A stretch of 64,000 bases of DNA from a virus, in IMG/VR virus record IMGVR_UViG_3300028829_004719; one strand, written 5' to 3'. Positions 38,220-47,868 of the stretch are shown here, in pieces. The translations under genes were made by a program, and so were the position numbers. Within the stretch, counting starts at the first letter, position 1. Each line of letters starts with the position of its first letter. A model generated the notes under the pieces. That model was given only the letters and a program-made list of their open reading frames with translations. It searched no databases and was not told the DNA's origin.

Positions 38220-38528
38220 CTATGTAAGATCATCTTCTTTTATAAATACACCATTCCTCATCATACCCTTTCTGTCTTTTATGTCGTCCCAAGCTTTTAT
38301 TAAACAATCTATGAGCGTAAGATTGTTCCTTTCTGCAATATTAATAAGAACTACAATCATGTCACCAATATCATCAGAAACGTCTTTTCCTTTACAAATA
38401 CTATCTGATAACTCGCCAGACTCTTGAATAAGTTTACAAAACTGATCTTTGTCAGTAGACCCCTCTATCAAATTACGATCATGATGCCATCTAGTAATTT
38501 TGTTAATTAATTCCATGTATTCAATCAT
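38220..38528 (-). CDS. MazG-like NTP pyrophosphohydrolase
   Basis: KLIQESGEL...DDIGDMIVVL...AWDDIKDRKG. Confidence 0.85.
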   Translation of the reverse strand: MIEYMELINKITRWHHDRNLIEGSTDKDQFCKLIQESGELSDSICKGKDVSDDIGDMIVVLINIAERNNLTLIDCLIKAWDDIKDRKGMMRNGVFIKEDDLT

Positions 38529-38755
38529 TTTTTAAACCTAAAGTTAATCTTATTTAAATGTATAGTAACAAACGTTTCATCTCCGATATCTTGGACTTCG
38601 ACATTCTTTGTAACGCCGTCAACAATGTCTGTGATCTTTTTAATAAGCTCTTTTGAAATGTTGTGGTTTTCCAATATATTATCAACAATTCCATCAACAA
38701 TACCACCATATCTTTTCTCTTTTTTCATCATTTTTTTACTTTCTGATAAGGCCAA
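38525..38755 (-). CDS. Hypothetical protein
   Basis: 76 aa ORF. Confidence 0.6.
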   Translation of the reverse strand: MALSESKKMMKKEKRYGGIVDGIVDNILENHNISKELIKKITDIVDGVTKNVEVQDIGDETFVTIHLNKINFRFKK

Positions 38756-39105
38756 ATCTTTGCAAGCTCATCCGTAACGCCGTCGATCTCCACTAACCAA
38801 CGGCCATACTTGCCTTGTTTGTGAGTTCTAATTGTTAAGTAGTGTTCTGGATGTCCAAGTGCAGCATTTTCTACATCAGCTACAACAGAGATCAGTCTAG
38901 CACATTCGGCGGTTGCTTTTTTCCAGTCTGGATGTCCTCGTTCTGGCGTGTCAACACCAATCAGTCTGGTTCTGATCTTTATATTGACGTTAAATCCAAG
39001 ATCAACAATAAAATCTACAGTATCGCCGTCTACGACTCTATCAACCTTTGCTTTGTATTCGTACATTAATTGCCTCCAATGTATGCTTGAATGGTTGTCC
39101 TTCAA
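38728..39105 (-). CDS. Thermonuclease (SNase-like) family protein
   Basis: RVVDGDT, RLIGVDTPE, GKYGRWL. Likely start MYEYKAK near 39063. Confidence 0.85.
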   Translation of the reverse strand: MKDNHSSIHWRQLMYEYKAKVDRVVDGDTVDFIVDLGFNVNIKIRTRLIGVDTPERGHPDWKKATAECARLISVVADVENAALGHPEHYLTIRTHKQGKYGRWLVEIDGVTDELAKIWPYQKVKK

Positions 39106-39718
39106 TGTTCTCCACTAAATCCCACATCTGCTGTGCGATCTCACGAATCTCTAGCTGGGCATGTTCGCTATTTCGCAGCTTGATAAAGTTAGCAAAACTC
39201 CTTAGATTGAATGAAACATCAGCCTGAATCTGACTGTTGTACGTCTTAAAGAATCGTGCTGACTCTTTTGCTCGTTTACGTCCCAATACTGGTTCAAGGT
39301 CTGCTATACATTTGTGGTAAAGGTCGTTACCTAGTTCAGTATACATCGCCAACTGATCTCCCCAATCATTAAAGTGTCCGTCCTGACTGGACACTCTGGT
39401 ATCCTTCCAGTCCTCTGGAATGTAATACTTATCTTCTTTTAATTCTTTATACCTAGCAGACTCCCCGTTGAAACTGCTTATGCGATGTTTCAAAAGATGA
39501 ATGTGCGAAGCCTGATCTACGTTAATCAGAAAGTGAACAACACCCTTTTCAAACGGAGTCTCGTGACCCTCACTCCAAAGCATGTTAATCATCTTGCCAA
39601 CACGTTTTTTCTTTTCTTCTGTTAAATTCCTGCTAGTAGAAGTCCATGCTGAACATGCTATTGTCAGATCATCACCGTAAAATCCAATCAACTCTACTGT
39701 ATTTTTAAGTTGTCCCAT
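39041..39718 (-). CDS. thyX: FAD-dependent thymidylate synthase
   Basis: GHETPFE, LKHRISSFNGESARY (ThyX motif variant), NLRSFANFIKLR, AQLEIRE. Confidence 0.92.
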   Translation of the reverse strand: MGQLKNTVELIGFYGDDLTIACSAWTSTSRNLTEEKKKRVGKMINMLWSEGHETPFEKGVVHFLINVDQASHIHLLKHRISSFNGESARYKELKEDKYYIPEDWKDTRVSSQDGHFNDWGDQLAMYTELGNDLYHKCIADLEPVLGRKRAKESARFFKTYNSQIQADVSFNLRSFANFIKLRNSEHAQLEIREIAQQMWDLVENIEGQPFKHTLEAINVRIQSKG

Positions 39719-39733
39719 TGTTTTCCTTATTAA

Positions 39734-40825
39734 TTAAAAAGATGATAAATCCATGTCGTCTAAATCATTCTTCGAGGCTCCAATCTTGTAAGAGGTAATC
39801 TCGTGTTCTTGCGGGGCGACTTGAACGCTCTCGCTGCTCATCCAATGACTCGTCCATCCGCCGATTGGATTCTTTCCAACGCTTTCGTAGGGCAAACCGA
39901 TGGCCTTCCGACGAGACATACAAAGCCAGTCGATATACTGATGGAGGATTTGCTCGTTGAGGCCAATAATTGATCCATCCTTAAACAAATAACTTGCCCA
40001 AGCCTTTTCCTCTTGAGCGGCGGATTCAAACATCTCAACGGCTGCACCTTCGCACTCCTTAGCCGTTTTCTGGAATCCTTCCGACTCCTCACTGTGAAGA
40101 ATCTTAAGTATAGCTTGAGTGTTCGCTAGATGCAAAGCCTCGTCTCGCTTGATCAATTTGACGATATCCGCATTGCCTACCATTTTTTTGTTTTCAGCAA
40201 AAGCGAAGCTACAAATAAAGCTCACGTAGAAACGAACGGCCTCAAGGATGTTGATCGAAATGACCGACATATAAATTTGCTTCTTAATATCAGCTGTCGA
40301 GTTCGATCCACATGCCATGCCCATCAGGTTGTTATAATCCCGAATAGCTGATTTTGCACGCTTGATAATCTCTTTGTCCTCGTATATGCCATCGAATACT
40401 TCATTACTGTCTGGGTAGACGTTCTGGATAATGTAGCTATACGATTGTGAATGTATCTTCTCGAAGAAACCCCAAGTAATCAAGCACGCCTCTAACTCAC
40501 TGTTGGTGACAAACTCCAGAAGCGTTGGAACGCCTCTACAAATCACGCTATCGAGCATAGTCTGATACTTCAGATTGCTTGTGAAGATGAACTTTTCGTT
40601 GTCCGTTAGATTCTGAAAGTCGGATCGATCCTTCTTCAATTCAATCTCCTCTGGACGCCAGAAATTTTGCATCTGTTTGGAATCGAGATCTTTGAATACA
40701 GGATACTTAATGTTATCATATCTCTGCACTCCTAAATCTTTGCCAAGGAAAAGAGGCTGGGATTTCGGATCGACGTTCTTTAAATTAAATACAGTTTTCA
40801 TATTGCACACGCTCCTGACTCGCAA
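39734..40825 (-). CDS. nrdB: Ribonucleotide reductase class Ia beta subunit
   Basis: FWRPEE, LDS, EKIHSQSY, EAVRFY, RDEALH, VAPQE; iron ligands and radical Tyr present. Confidence 0.97.
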   Translation of the reverse strand: MRVRSVCNMKTVFNLKNVDPKSQPLFLGKDLGVQRYDNIKYPVFKDLDSKQMQNFWRPEEIELKKDRSDFQNLTDNEKFIFTSNLKYQTMLDSVICRGVPTLLEFVTNSELEACLITWGFFEKIHSQSYSYIIQNVYPDSNEVFDGIYEDKEIIKRAKSAIRDYNNLMGMACGSNSTADIKKQIYMSVISINILEAVRFYVSFICSFAFAENKKMVGNADIVKLIKRDEALHLANTQAILKILHSEESEGFQKTAKECEGAAVEMFESAAQEEKAWASYLFKDGSIIGLNEQILHQYIDWLCMSRRKAIGLPYESVGKNPIGGWTSHWMSSESVQVAPQEHEITSYKIGASKNDLDDMDLSSF

Positions 40826-42964
40826 TTCATTTCTTTTTCTGTTTCGCCATCACCGTCTGGGCTATTCGCGTAGTAAAAGTTCTTTAGGCCGTACTTGTAG
40901 CCGTAAAGTTGGTCTTTGATTAGCACACTCAATGGTATATTCCCTTCGGGGTATTGTGAATAATTATAGTAAAGATTTGTACTCATGCTCATGTCAATAA
41001 ACTTTTGCATAACAGCTGCTGTATCCAAAACGGCTTTATTGCCTTCCTGCTCCCACGCAAGGTCATAATAGTTCTTACGTGAACTAAAATTGGGAACTAA
41101 CTGCTTTAAGACGCCGTTCTTAGCTTTCTTTGCGATGAGTAGACTTCGGATAAGCTCTTGGCCGTTTGTGCTGTTCTGGACTACGCTGCTGGATTCGCAC
41201 GGCATTTGAGCGGAAACAGTAGAATGTCGTAAACCATGAGTCTTGATCTGTTCACGTAGACCCTCCCAATCTTGTTTAAGAGGCACGTCGACGATCTCAT
41301 CTACTTCTTTTTTGTACCAGTCGATTGGTAGTAACCCTTTCGAGTACTTGGTTTCATTGAATTTCTCGCAAGCACCAAGTTCAGCTGCAAGCTCGCAGCT
41401 GGCAAGTAACAAATGATATTGGATCGATTCCATCGTTTCGTGAATAAGTTTGAGAGCTTCAGCACTACCATATTTGAGTTTGTGTTTGGCAATCAAACCT
41501 GCAAGATTCGTTATCCCGATCCCTAATGAGCGGCGATTCTTTGTGAAGTTCTCGCCCGCTAAAACTGGGTAGTCTTGATAATCTATGATCGATTCAAGGG
41601 ATCGCACGGCGGTTCTGGTGGCATCGCGGATATCTTGTTCGTCTTTTAGTTCCAGAAGGTTTAAAGCTGCGAGGATACAGATCCCGATTTCTCCATTAGG
41701 GTCGTCGATAGACTTAATTGGAACTGTCGGGATTGGCAGTGTCGAGATTCATCGAGTAAATTCTGCCGGTCTCCAACCTCTCTTTCGCAAAGATCTGGGC
41801 TAGTTGTCTAGCTGGAATCTTACGCTTGAACTTCAGAGACCTTGACCGCTCATACTTGAGATACAGCTCTTCAAACTTCGCATTGTCGCCGAAAGCTTCG
41901 TACAACCCCTTAGCTTCGTGGGGGCTGAATAACGTAATGTCTTCGTTCGCAATGAGTCGGTCATAAAATAACTTGCAGAATTGAATGGAGTAATCAAGTT
42001 TCCTAACTCTTGTATCGTCCGTTCCAGCGTTATTTTTCAAGACTAACACGTCCTCGATTTCGTAATGCCAGAAAGGGAGGTAAATCGTCGCGGACCCGCC
42101 CCTTAGCCCATTTTGGGATGTTGACTTGACCGCTGACTCAAAATTCTTTAGATATGGAATCAGGCCCGTATGAATGACTTCCCCACCCCTAATCGGGCTG
42201 TTAATAGGTCGAATTCGACCGACATTTAACCCGATACCAGCACGTCGAGCCGTATATCGGCCAACTGCGTGCAGGGAGCTAAAGATTCCATCTAGGTTAT
42301 CTGCGACATCGACCAGAACGCAGCTGGCGAACTGCTTGATAGTCGTCCTGACGCCTGCCATGATTGGCGTTGGTAGCGATATCTTGAAGGTTGAGTATGC
42401 GTCATACGCCTGTTTGACTTCCTCGACAGTGTCAAACAACGACATAGCGATCAACATGTAAGCAAGTTGCGGAGTCTCAAAAATTTGGCCCGTGTCTCGG
42501 TTTTTAACTAAATACTTATCAACCAACTGTTGCAAACCGGCATATACAAACAAGTCATCCCTGTTGTGCTTGATATATTTCCCGATTTGATCAATCTGCT
42601 CTTCGGTCCATTTTGACTCAACTGCTGGATCATAAATGCCAGCGTCTACGTTTTGCCTAACGAACGTCAGGAAATCCGGGGGTAGCTTTCCGCCCCATAT
42701 ATTTTTCCGAAGCCAACCATTCAGCAATCTGGCGGCGACGATTTGATAGTTAGGCGATTGTTCGCTTATCAAATCATTAGCGGACTTGATCAACACCTGT
42801 TGTATTTCAGCGGTTGTGATACCGTCGTAGAAGCTTAGGTTAGCGTTCATTTCGACCTCGGACAGACTAACGCCGTTCAGCCCATCAACCGCCCTACCCA
42901 CTACCTTATGGATTTTCTCAATGTCAAGAGGTTCAGATTCTCCATCAACTTTAACTACATTCAT
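40798..42964 (-). pseudogene. nrdA: Ribonucleotide reductase class Ia alpha subunit, frameshifted at about 41731 and missing the SNLCxEI loop
   Basis: ATP cone, QFASC, TGRIYSMNLDTAN in one frame; PTVP...GICIL, NFYY, CESGAC in another; no NLCxE between them. Confidence 0.9.
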
Positions 42965-42966
42965 AA

Positions 42967-43599
42967 CTAATTATCTCCTTTCAATTTTTCTCGATATTCG
43001 TCACTTGTCTTATCATTCTTGCTATTGTTGCACGGAAAGCAGCACGGTTGAACGTTGTTGAGAACATTCAATCCTCCTTGAGCAAATGGAATGTCGTGGT
43101 CTAAACCAACCTTCTTATCTGTTCCACAGAACACACAAACATCGCCCATTTCCTTAAATTTTGCTTCTACTTCTCCCAGATCCAACTGGTTATCATCGTT
43201 ATGCTTGGTCCGAGCTTTGAGATTCGCGTCGCATACTGCCCTCCGCAACGTATTCTCGGTATGATAAATAGCATCATAAGCACTCCTACAAGCTTTACAA
43301 TGGTTCATCAAACCGTCAGGCTTATACATACACTTCGAGAACGATTCCTCACCTCGCTCATATTCAGTCTTACATTTCGGGCAAGTTTTCGGCCCTTTCT
43401 TAACAAGATTGCCTCCCTTAGCCTTGGTTTTAGTGTTCCGCTCAGCGTGACGAGCTTTCTGGCAAGACTTACAATGGCAAGAAAAACCACACGCCTCTCG
43501 CTTATTTTTATAAAACTCCTCAACATTTTTCCAAGTTCCACAAGCCTTGCACCACTTGGCGGTCCTGCTAACATTCATTGTCCTTAATCTACTCATCAA
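42967..43599 (-). CDS. Free-standing HNH endonuclease with Cys-rich repeats
   Basis: CKAC/CKSC repeats; CVFCG...DHDIP..GG...NNVQPCCFPCNNSK. Confidence 0.9.
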   Translation of the reverse strand: MMSRLRTMNVSRTAKWCKACGTWKNVEEFYKNKREACGFSCHCKSCQKARHAERNTKTKAKGGNLVKKGPKTCPKCKTEYERGEESFSKCMYKPDGLMNHCKACRSAYDAIYHTENTLRRAVCDANLKARTKHNDDNQLDLGEVEAKFKEMGDVCVFCGTDKKVGLDHDIPFAQGGLNVLNNVQPCCFPCNNSKNDKTSDEYREKLKGDN

Positions 43600-43695
43600 T
43601 CATTTTTTCCCTCTTGCATATATGTAACTGTATTTTATTATCAATAATAATGACAACTTCGACACCAATGTCAATAATTCTTCTAGCAAAAAAAA

Positions 43696-43742
43696 ACCCG
43701 TCCATTACGAAAAACATTAGAGTCTTACCATAAGGGACGGGT
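43696..43742 (-). terminator. Intrinsic terminator with long stem
   Basis: ACCCGTCC/GGACGGGT inverted repeat followed by a run of about 9 T on the minus strand. Confidence 0.75.
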
Positions 43743-43757
43743 ATAATATAGTTATAA

Positions 43758-44081
43758 TTATTTTTTAGTTATCTGTTCCATTTTGTCAATTAAGACATCA
43801 AATTTATCGCCAATCTGAGATTGTAGCGAAGACTGGGCATTTAGAAGAATTTTATGTTCTATAACATTAGAATGAATTTCTTCTATAACCGATTCAACCC
43901 TAGTGATCTTAGCCTCGACGTGTTTTATCTTCTCTCCTAATTGCTGATTAACTTTTTGTTCTAACACGATAATTGATTTACCTTGCTGCATAAGAGTATA
44001 AACGACCCAAGTAAAAACCGGGATAGCTACCATTCCAACAACCTCGGTAACATTTCTAATTAAATCCCAAGTTTCATTCAT
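43758..44081 (-). CDS. Single-TM coiled-coil protein
   Basis: VVGMVAIPVFTWVVYTL followed by heptad pattern. Confidence 0.65.
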   Translation of the reverse strand: MNETWDLIRNVTEVVGMVAIPVFTWVVYTLMQQGKSIIVLEQKVNQQLGEKIKHVEAKITRVESVIEEIHSNVIEHKILLNAQSSLQSQIGDKFDVLIDKMEQITKK

Positions 44082-44110
44082 AAACGAATTCCCCGTATAA
44101 AATTATAAAG

Positions 44111-44142
44111 CAGGATCATGCCTATCAAAACACGATCCTGCA
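44111..44142 (-). terminator. Intrinsic terminator
   Basis: GCAGGATC/GATCCTGC stem then TTTATAATTT on the minus strand. Confidence 0.65.
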
Positions 44143-44154
44143 TCAATAAACAGT

Positions 44155-44853
44155 TTACATACCTGTAATTGGTTTATAGTCGAAGAAATCGCCACCAGTT
44201 GAAACATCAGTGGTAACAAAGTCAACCTTCATAACTAACTTACCCGGAATAGCTCGTGTTGGATTAGCAGCACTATCAGTTTTTTGACCAGTAGCACCAG
44301 CTTCAGGATTCCACGGATCGAGGTTAGTCGCGGTAGCAGGTGCCTCTGATTCGTCGCCAGCAGCATTCAACCAATTCAAACGAGATTTAATTGGCGTACC
44401 ATCGTCAAGATTGCCAGTCCAAGAGAACTCATTTGCTCTCCATTTGGCAAGTAGACGAACACCAAAGTCGTGGATGAACTGATGGATAGAATTACCAGCA
44501 TTGCTAGAATTAGAACCCGGAATGAGAACTGCATTACTCGCAACACCAGAAAGCTCGGTGCTGATAGTTCTGATGACATATTTACCAGCTTCTTGAAAAG
44601 CAAACGTACCGCCTGCAAGACATTTCTGCGTGCCATACATACCAGAGTTTGCAGGATATGCACCTCCGGGGTAAGCGGTTTCTACTACGCCATAAACCTT
44701 GTTTACATCATCAACAGCGGTAAAAAGTGGAAAAGATTTAGTAATAACGCTACCTGTGGTATCGTTACCAAGAAGTGTACCACCCTCAGTCTGTTCGGTG
44801 AAAGCACCGCCAGTTGTGTTCTTTAGGTGGTTGTTGTTAGATGGAACTGCCAT
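44155..44853 (-). CDS. Hypothetical protein, probably virion structural
   Basis: 232 aa Gly/Ala/Thr/Asn-rich; own GTGTATAAT motif, GGAG SD and terminator. Confidence 0.55.
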   Translation of the reverse strand: MAVPSNNNHLKNTTGGAFTEQTEGGTLLGNDTTGSVITKSFPLFTAVDDVNKVYGVVETAYPGGAYPANSGMYGTQKCLAGGTFAFQEAGKYVIRTISTELSGVASNAVLIPGSNSSNAGNSIHQFIHDFGVRLLAKWRANEFSWTGNLDDGTPIKSRLNWLNAAGDESEAPATATNLDPWNPEAGATGQKTDSAANPTRAIPGKLVMKVDFVTTDVSTGGDFFDYKPITGM

Positions 44854-44936
44854 AATTAAATCTCCTTAAATAGAAAGAATTATTCAAATATTTTCCAAAA
44901 TCATCCAAAAAAAAAGATCCAGTTCCTATCATATAT

Positions 44937-44943
44937 TATACAC
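44937..44943 (-). promoter_or_regulatory. GTGTATA motif (putative phage promoter)
   Basis: GTGTATAATA upstream of the 44155..44853 gene. Confidence 0.6.
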
Positions 44944-44951
44944 AACTTTGA

Positions 44952-45428
44952 TCAATGCTCGCAACTATTTTTACATGTTTCGACGGCTTTTTTTAACTTA
45001 CGTCGTGCTGTCTCTCGACTATATCCATTCGCCTTACCGATTTCTTTCATGGTCATATTATGCAGATATCTTTGATTTAGTAGCAGTGTACAACTTGGAT
45101 CTAAACCATCAGTAGCGTCATAATACTTTCTGTGTGATAATTGATTTGTGTCTACCTTTTCCATATTACTAGTGCAGTTATATTCTCTGTTTTTCTTTTT
45201 TACTTTGTTCTTGTATGCGTATGATAACTGTTGGTACAAATAAGATGTGAACTTAGTTCCACGATCAGCGTCATATTTTAATATACATTTCCATAAAGTA
45301 TTCATCTTGATAGACTCTATTTCATCTTGATCAATATTTCTGTTGAAACGATTGCTAATCTGATTCATTATATTAATAATATCGTTATCGTTCCATTTTT
45401 GTGTAAATTCTTGATTAATGTTATTCAT
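44952..45428 (-). CDS. Phage sigma-70-family RNA polymerase sigma factor
   Basis: Region 2 YDADRGTKFTSY and region 4 HTH MTMKEIGKANGYSRETARR. Confidence 0.85.
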   Translation of the reverse strand: MNNINQEFTQKWNDNDIINIMNQISNRFNRNIDQDEIESIKMNTLWKCILKYDADRGTKFTSYLYQQLSYAYKNKVKKKNREYNCTSNMEKVDTNQLSHRKYYDATDGLDPSCTLLLNQRYLHNMTMKEIGKANGYSRETARRKLKKAVETCKNSCEH

Positions 45429-46158
45429 TATTTGGACCTTTCAAAATTATCCCACCTAGTGACTGTTTAACTTCTACCAATTCAGCCAAGCCATCCAGAT
45501 ACTTCTGGTCTAACTTATCTGAAACGACATAGTCTACTTTACCGGTTGATGCTACGAGTATCGACCAATATTTATCGTTTTTCAATTGTTCTTTAACCAA
45601 TGCTACCGTTTTCCTAGTCTCTTCGTTCATCACCTCTTCTTCTGTAAAAATACAAAGTTTTTTCTCAATATCAGCTCTTACGTCTCTAAAATCAAAAGTA
45701 TGAGGTATACCTATAAAGAAGGTATATCTACCTATAATTTTTAATGCTTCAATCCCTTCTACGTCTTTTACTAATTTATTTTTTATACTTTGAGTAATGC
45801 TAAAGTTAGTTGTTCCGATTCTACAATCCCACCTATCAGAAGGTTTAAACATGGAATCAATTGGATATACTCCTAAAGGTGTATAAATTACATTTGCACT
45901 ATCACCTCGCAGAAATCCCATAGGCATTACTCCCATGTCATTTCCATCTGTTACTGCATTAGATAGATCGGTTGTGATTTCTGCCAAGTCTTCATATAAT
46001 TTCATTATGTAATCATCGGCCATCGCGTTCCAGCTTTTCCATGTGATTATTTTATTGCTCATTGGTAATCTCTCCGATTTAAATGTTGAAGACTTGATCT
46101 GGAGGAATAACAATACCGTCTTCGGATTTATCATCTTTGGATAAATTAGTATCAACAC
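45421..46158 (-). CDS. Hypothetical protein
   Basis: Up to 245 aa; true start probably MSNKIITW. Confidence 0.65.
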   Translation of the reverse strand: MLILIYPKMINPKTVLLFLQIKSSTFKSERLPMSNKIITWKSWNAMADDYIMKLYEDLAEITTDLSNAVTDGNDMGVMPMGFLRGDSANVIYTPLGVYPIDSMFKPSDRWDCRIGTTNFSITQSIKNKLVKDVEGIEALKIIGRYTFFIGIPHTFDFRDVRADIEKKLCIFTEEEVMNEETRKTVALVKEQLKNDKYWSILVASTGKVDYVVSDKLDQKYLDGLAELVEVKQSLGGIILKGPNNE

Positions 46159-46429
46159 GTTCCTCTATAGAATTATTTAGCATGTTGATTAAACGATAAT
46201 AATCACCCTCTCTACCATTTGTTACACATTGCGACTTGATTTCTTCCAATATTTCGAATGTAAAATTATCTACTAACAGTTTATGAAAAATCCCAGCAAT
46301 AGCAGCTAAACCTTCATCACTATAATCCCAATCGCAAGTATAAGACAATAAACCATCATCGTCTACAAATATTTGTAAAGACGCTTGGGTATTATTAGAA
46401 TCTAGGAATTGCTTGGATTGATCTGACAT
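46079..46429 (-). CDS. Hypothetical protein
   Basis: 116 aa ORF. Confidence 0.65.
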   Translation of the reverse strand: MSDQSKQFLDSNNTQASLQIFVDDDGLLSYTCDWDYSDEGLAAIAGIFHKLLVDNFTFEILEEIKSQCVTNGREGDYYRLINMLNNSIEERVDTNLSKDDKSEDGIVIPPDQVFNI

Positions 46430-46832
46430 ATTTTTCCTTTATAAGCATTTTATCAATTGGCGTGATTTGATATCCAGCTTTAGCACATAGAATACCGCTG
46501 GACACAAGAGAATAGTATATAACCTCAGTTTCATTAGAGCCTACCTCATGTATGCAATCACAAATTTTAGTACTTACAGAGTTAAAATCTAGATTGCAAC
46601 TTTGATGAGTTAGATCTCTAAGCGTTTGTTCGGTAGTTTTTGAAGAGATGTACTTGTTGATAAATTCACCTTTCGAATCAGTTAAAAAGGCTATTCTAGG
46701 GATAACGTTTCTAGACACAAACCCCTGACTTTCTATCAAAAGTAACGTTAGCTTAGTCTTCATCTTTTTTGACGTCCACCTCTCTTTGCTCTTCCTTCTG
46801 AAACTCTTGTATAAAGCTTGTAGCGGTTTCAA
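46395..46832 (-). CDS. Hypothetical protein
   Basis: ORF of up to 145 aa. Confidence 0.55.
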   Translation of the reverse strand: MKPLQALYKSFRRKSKERWTSKKMKTKLTLLLIESQGFVSRNVIPRIAFLTDSKGEFINKYISSKTTEQTLRDLTHQSCNLDFNSVSTKICDCIHEVGSNETEVIYYSLVSSGILCAKAGYQITPIDKMLIKEKYVRSIQAIPRF

Positions 46833-46986
46833 ATTGAGATTTCAAAAGAACAAATTGTTTTATTGCATTTTCTATTCTGTTTAAAGAGTCTGACTCTAAA
46901 GGGTTTTGCAAGATTTGATTAATCTCAAATTTTCTCTCAATCATATTTGATTGTAGTTTTGCTGCTAGTACTTGTATAATATCCAT
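46753..46986 (-). CDS. Hypothetical protein
   Basis: 77 aa helical ORF. Confidence 0.6.
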   Translation of the reverse strand: MDIIQVLAAKLQSNMIERKFEINQILQNPLESDSLNRIENAIKQFVLLKSQFETATSFIQEFQKEEQREVDVKKDED

Positions 46987-47016
46987 TTCTATTCCTATTT
47001 TGCTAAAAATTGTAAA

Positions 47017-47087
47017 TCAGCGTTGGCGGATTTGAACCGCCTCATCTTTAAAAGATTTTAACCATTTGACATATCAATGTCCGCTGA
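47017..47087 (-). ncRNA. Degenerate tRNA-like element
   Basis: 71 nt; perfect T-arm GGCGG-TTCAAAT-CCGCC and TCAGCG/CGCTGA terminal stem; no canonical D or anticodon arm. Confidence 0.45.
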
Positions 47088-47101
47088 ATTTCCTGTAAAT
47101 A

Positions 47102-47551
47102 CTAATTAACTAAACAATAAGCAAACCCATGAAAATCCGTTTTTAGCTTGGTCTTCTCTTCGTTTGTTACTGAGTGATTTTCTGTCCCTAAAGCATCCTT
47201 CATTAGATTAGTGACACCCTGTCCATAACCCTCGTATTTACCTTTTAAACTATCTCCATAAACTTCTTTTGCGGCACCAACATAAATATCATTAACCTGT
47301 TGAGAATCTAAATCATAAGACTCTATCCTCTTGGAAAAAATCCAATTAAAGATTCCCAAACTGTCTCTGTCATTTTTATCGGTTACAAGATTCGCAACTC
47401 TTGAAACTTTTTTCAAAATAACATCATCAGGTTTTGAAATACTTACAATAGGGTCATTAGCCGATGGATCAATATGCGGAATCACTGTTTTAATCTGATT
47501 CCAAAAGAGACCCAAAGAAACTACTGACAAACCTAACACAAGTCTAAGCAT
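47102..47551 (-). CDS. Secreted or membrane-anchored protein
   Basis: N-terminal hydrophobic segment MLRLVLGLSVVSLGLFW. Confidence 0.7.
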   Translation of the reverse strand: MLRLVLGLSVVSLGLFWNQIKTVIPHIDPSANDPIVSISKPDDVILKKVSRVANLVTDKNDRDSLGIFNWIFSKRIESYDLDSQQVNDIYVGAAKEVYGDSLKGKYEGYGQGVTNLMKDALGTENHSVTNEEKTKLKTDFHGFAYCLVN

Positions 47552-47846
47552 CTACATCACCCCCTTCGTGTTCATCGTCACTAGTACGTGAACTTAATAA
47601 AAGCGGAAAAACCGCATCCAGTTGCTTGCAAGCATCGCATAATCCGCTTTTGCGACATGCGTCAGCTAAACATTCCCATTTACAAACTAAATCAGTCAGC
47701 CCTTCTTGGCTTACTTCTTTTGACTTAGATTTTGACACGCTGTTGAACAGTTTTTTGGACGGTTCGAAAACAGCCGGTAGAGCAATAATCAAACCAATTC
47801 CAATAAGAATCCACTGAACAACACTAACTTCTGAAAGAATATCCAT
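47544..47846 (-). CDS. Single-TM protein with Cys cluster
   Basis: VVQWILIGIGLIIALPAV; CKWECLADAC...CDAC. Confidence 0.7.
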   Translation of the reverse strand: MDILSEVSVVQWILIGIGLIIALPAVFEPSKKLFNSVSKSKSKEVSQEGLTDLVCKWECLADACRKSGLCDACKQLDAVFPLLLSSRTSDDEHEGGDVDA

Positions 47847-47868
47847 AGTCCTAAGTCCTTAATTAATA

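Noticed and set aside
41585-41803. Programmed frameshift or group I intron explaining the nrdA break
   Set aside because: No slippery heptamer or intron-sized insert at the junction, and a frameshift alone could not restore the absent NLCxE residues.
43644-43674. Sigma-70 promoter upstream of the HNH-nrdA operon
   Set aside because: TTGACA is present but the -10 box at 16-18 nt spacing is poor (CATTAT/ATTATT/TTATTA), so it is not listed as a feature.
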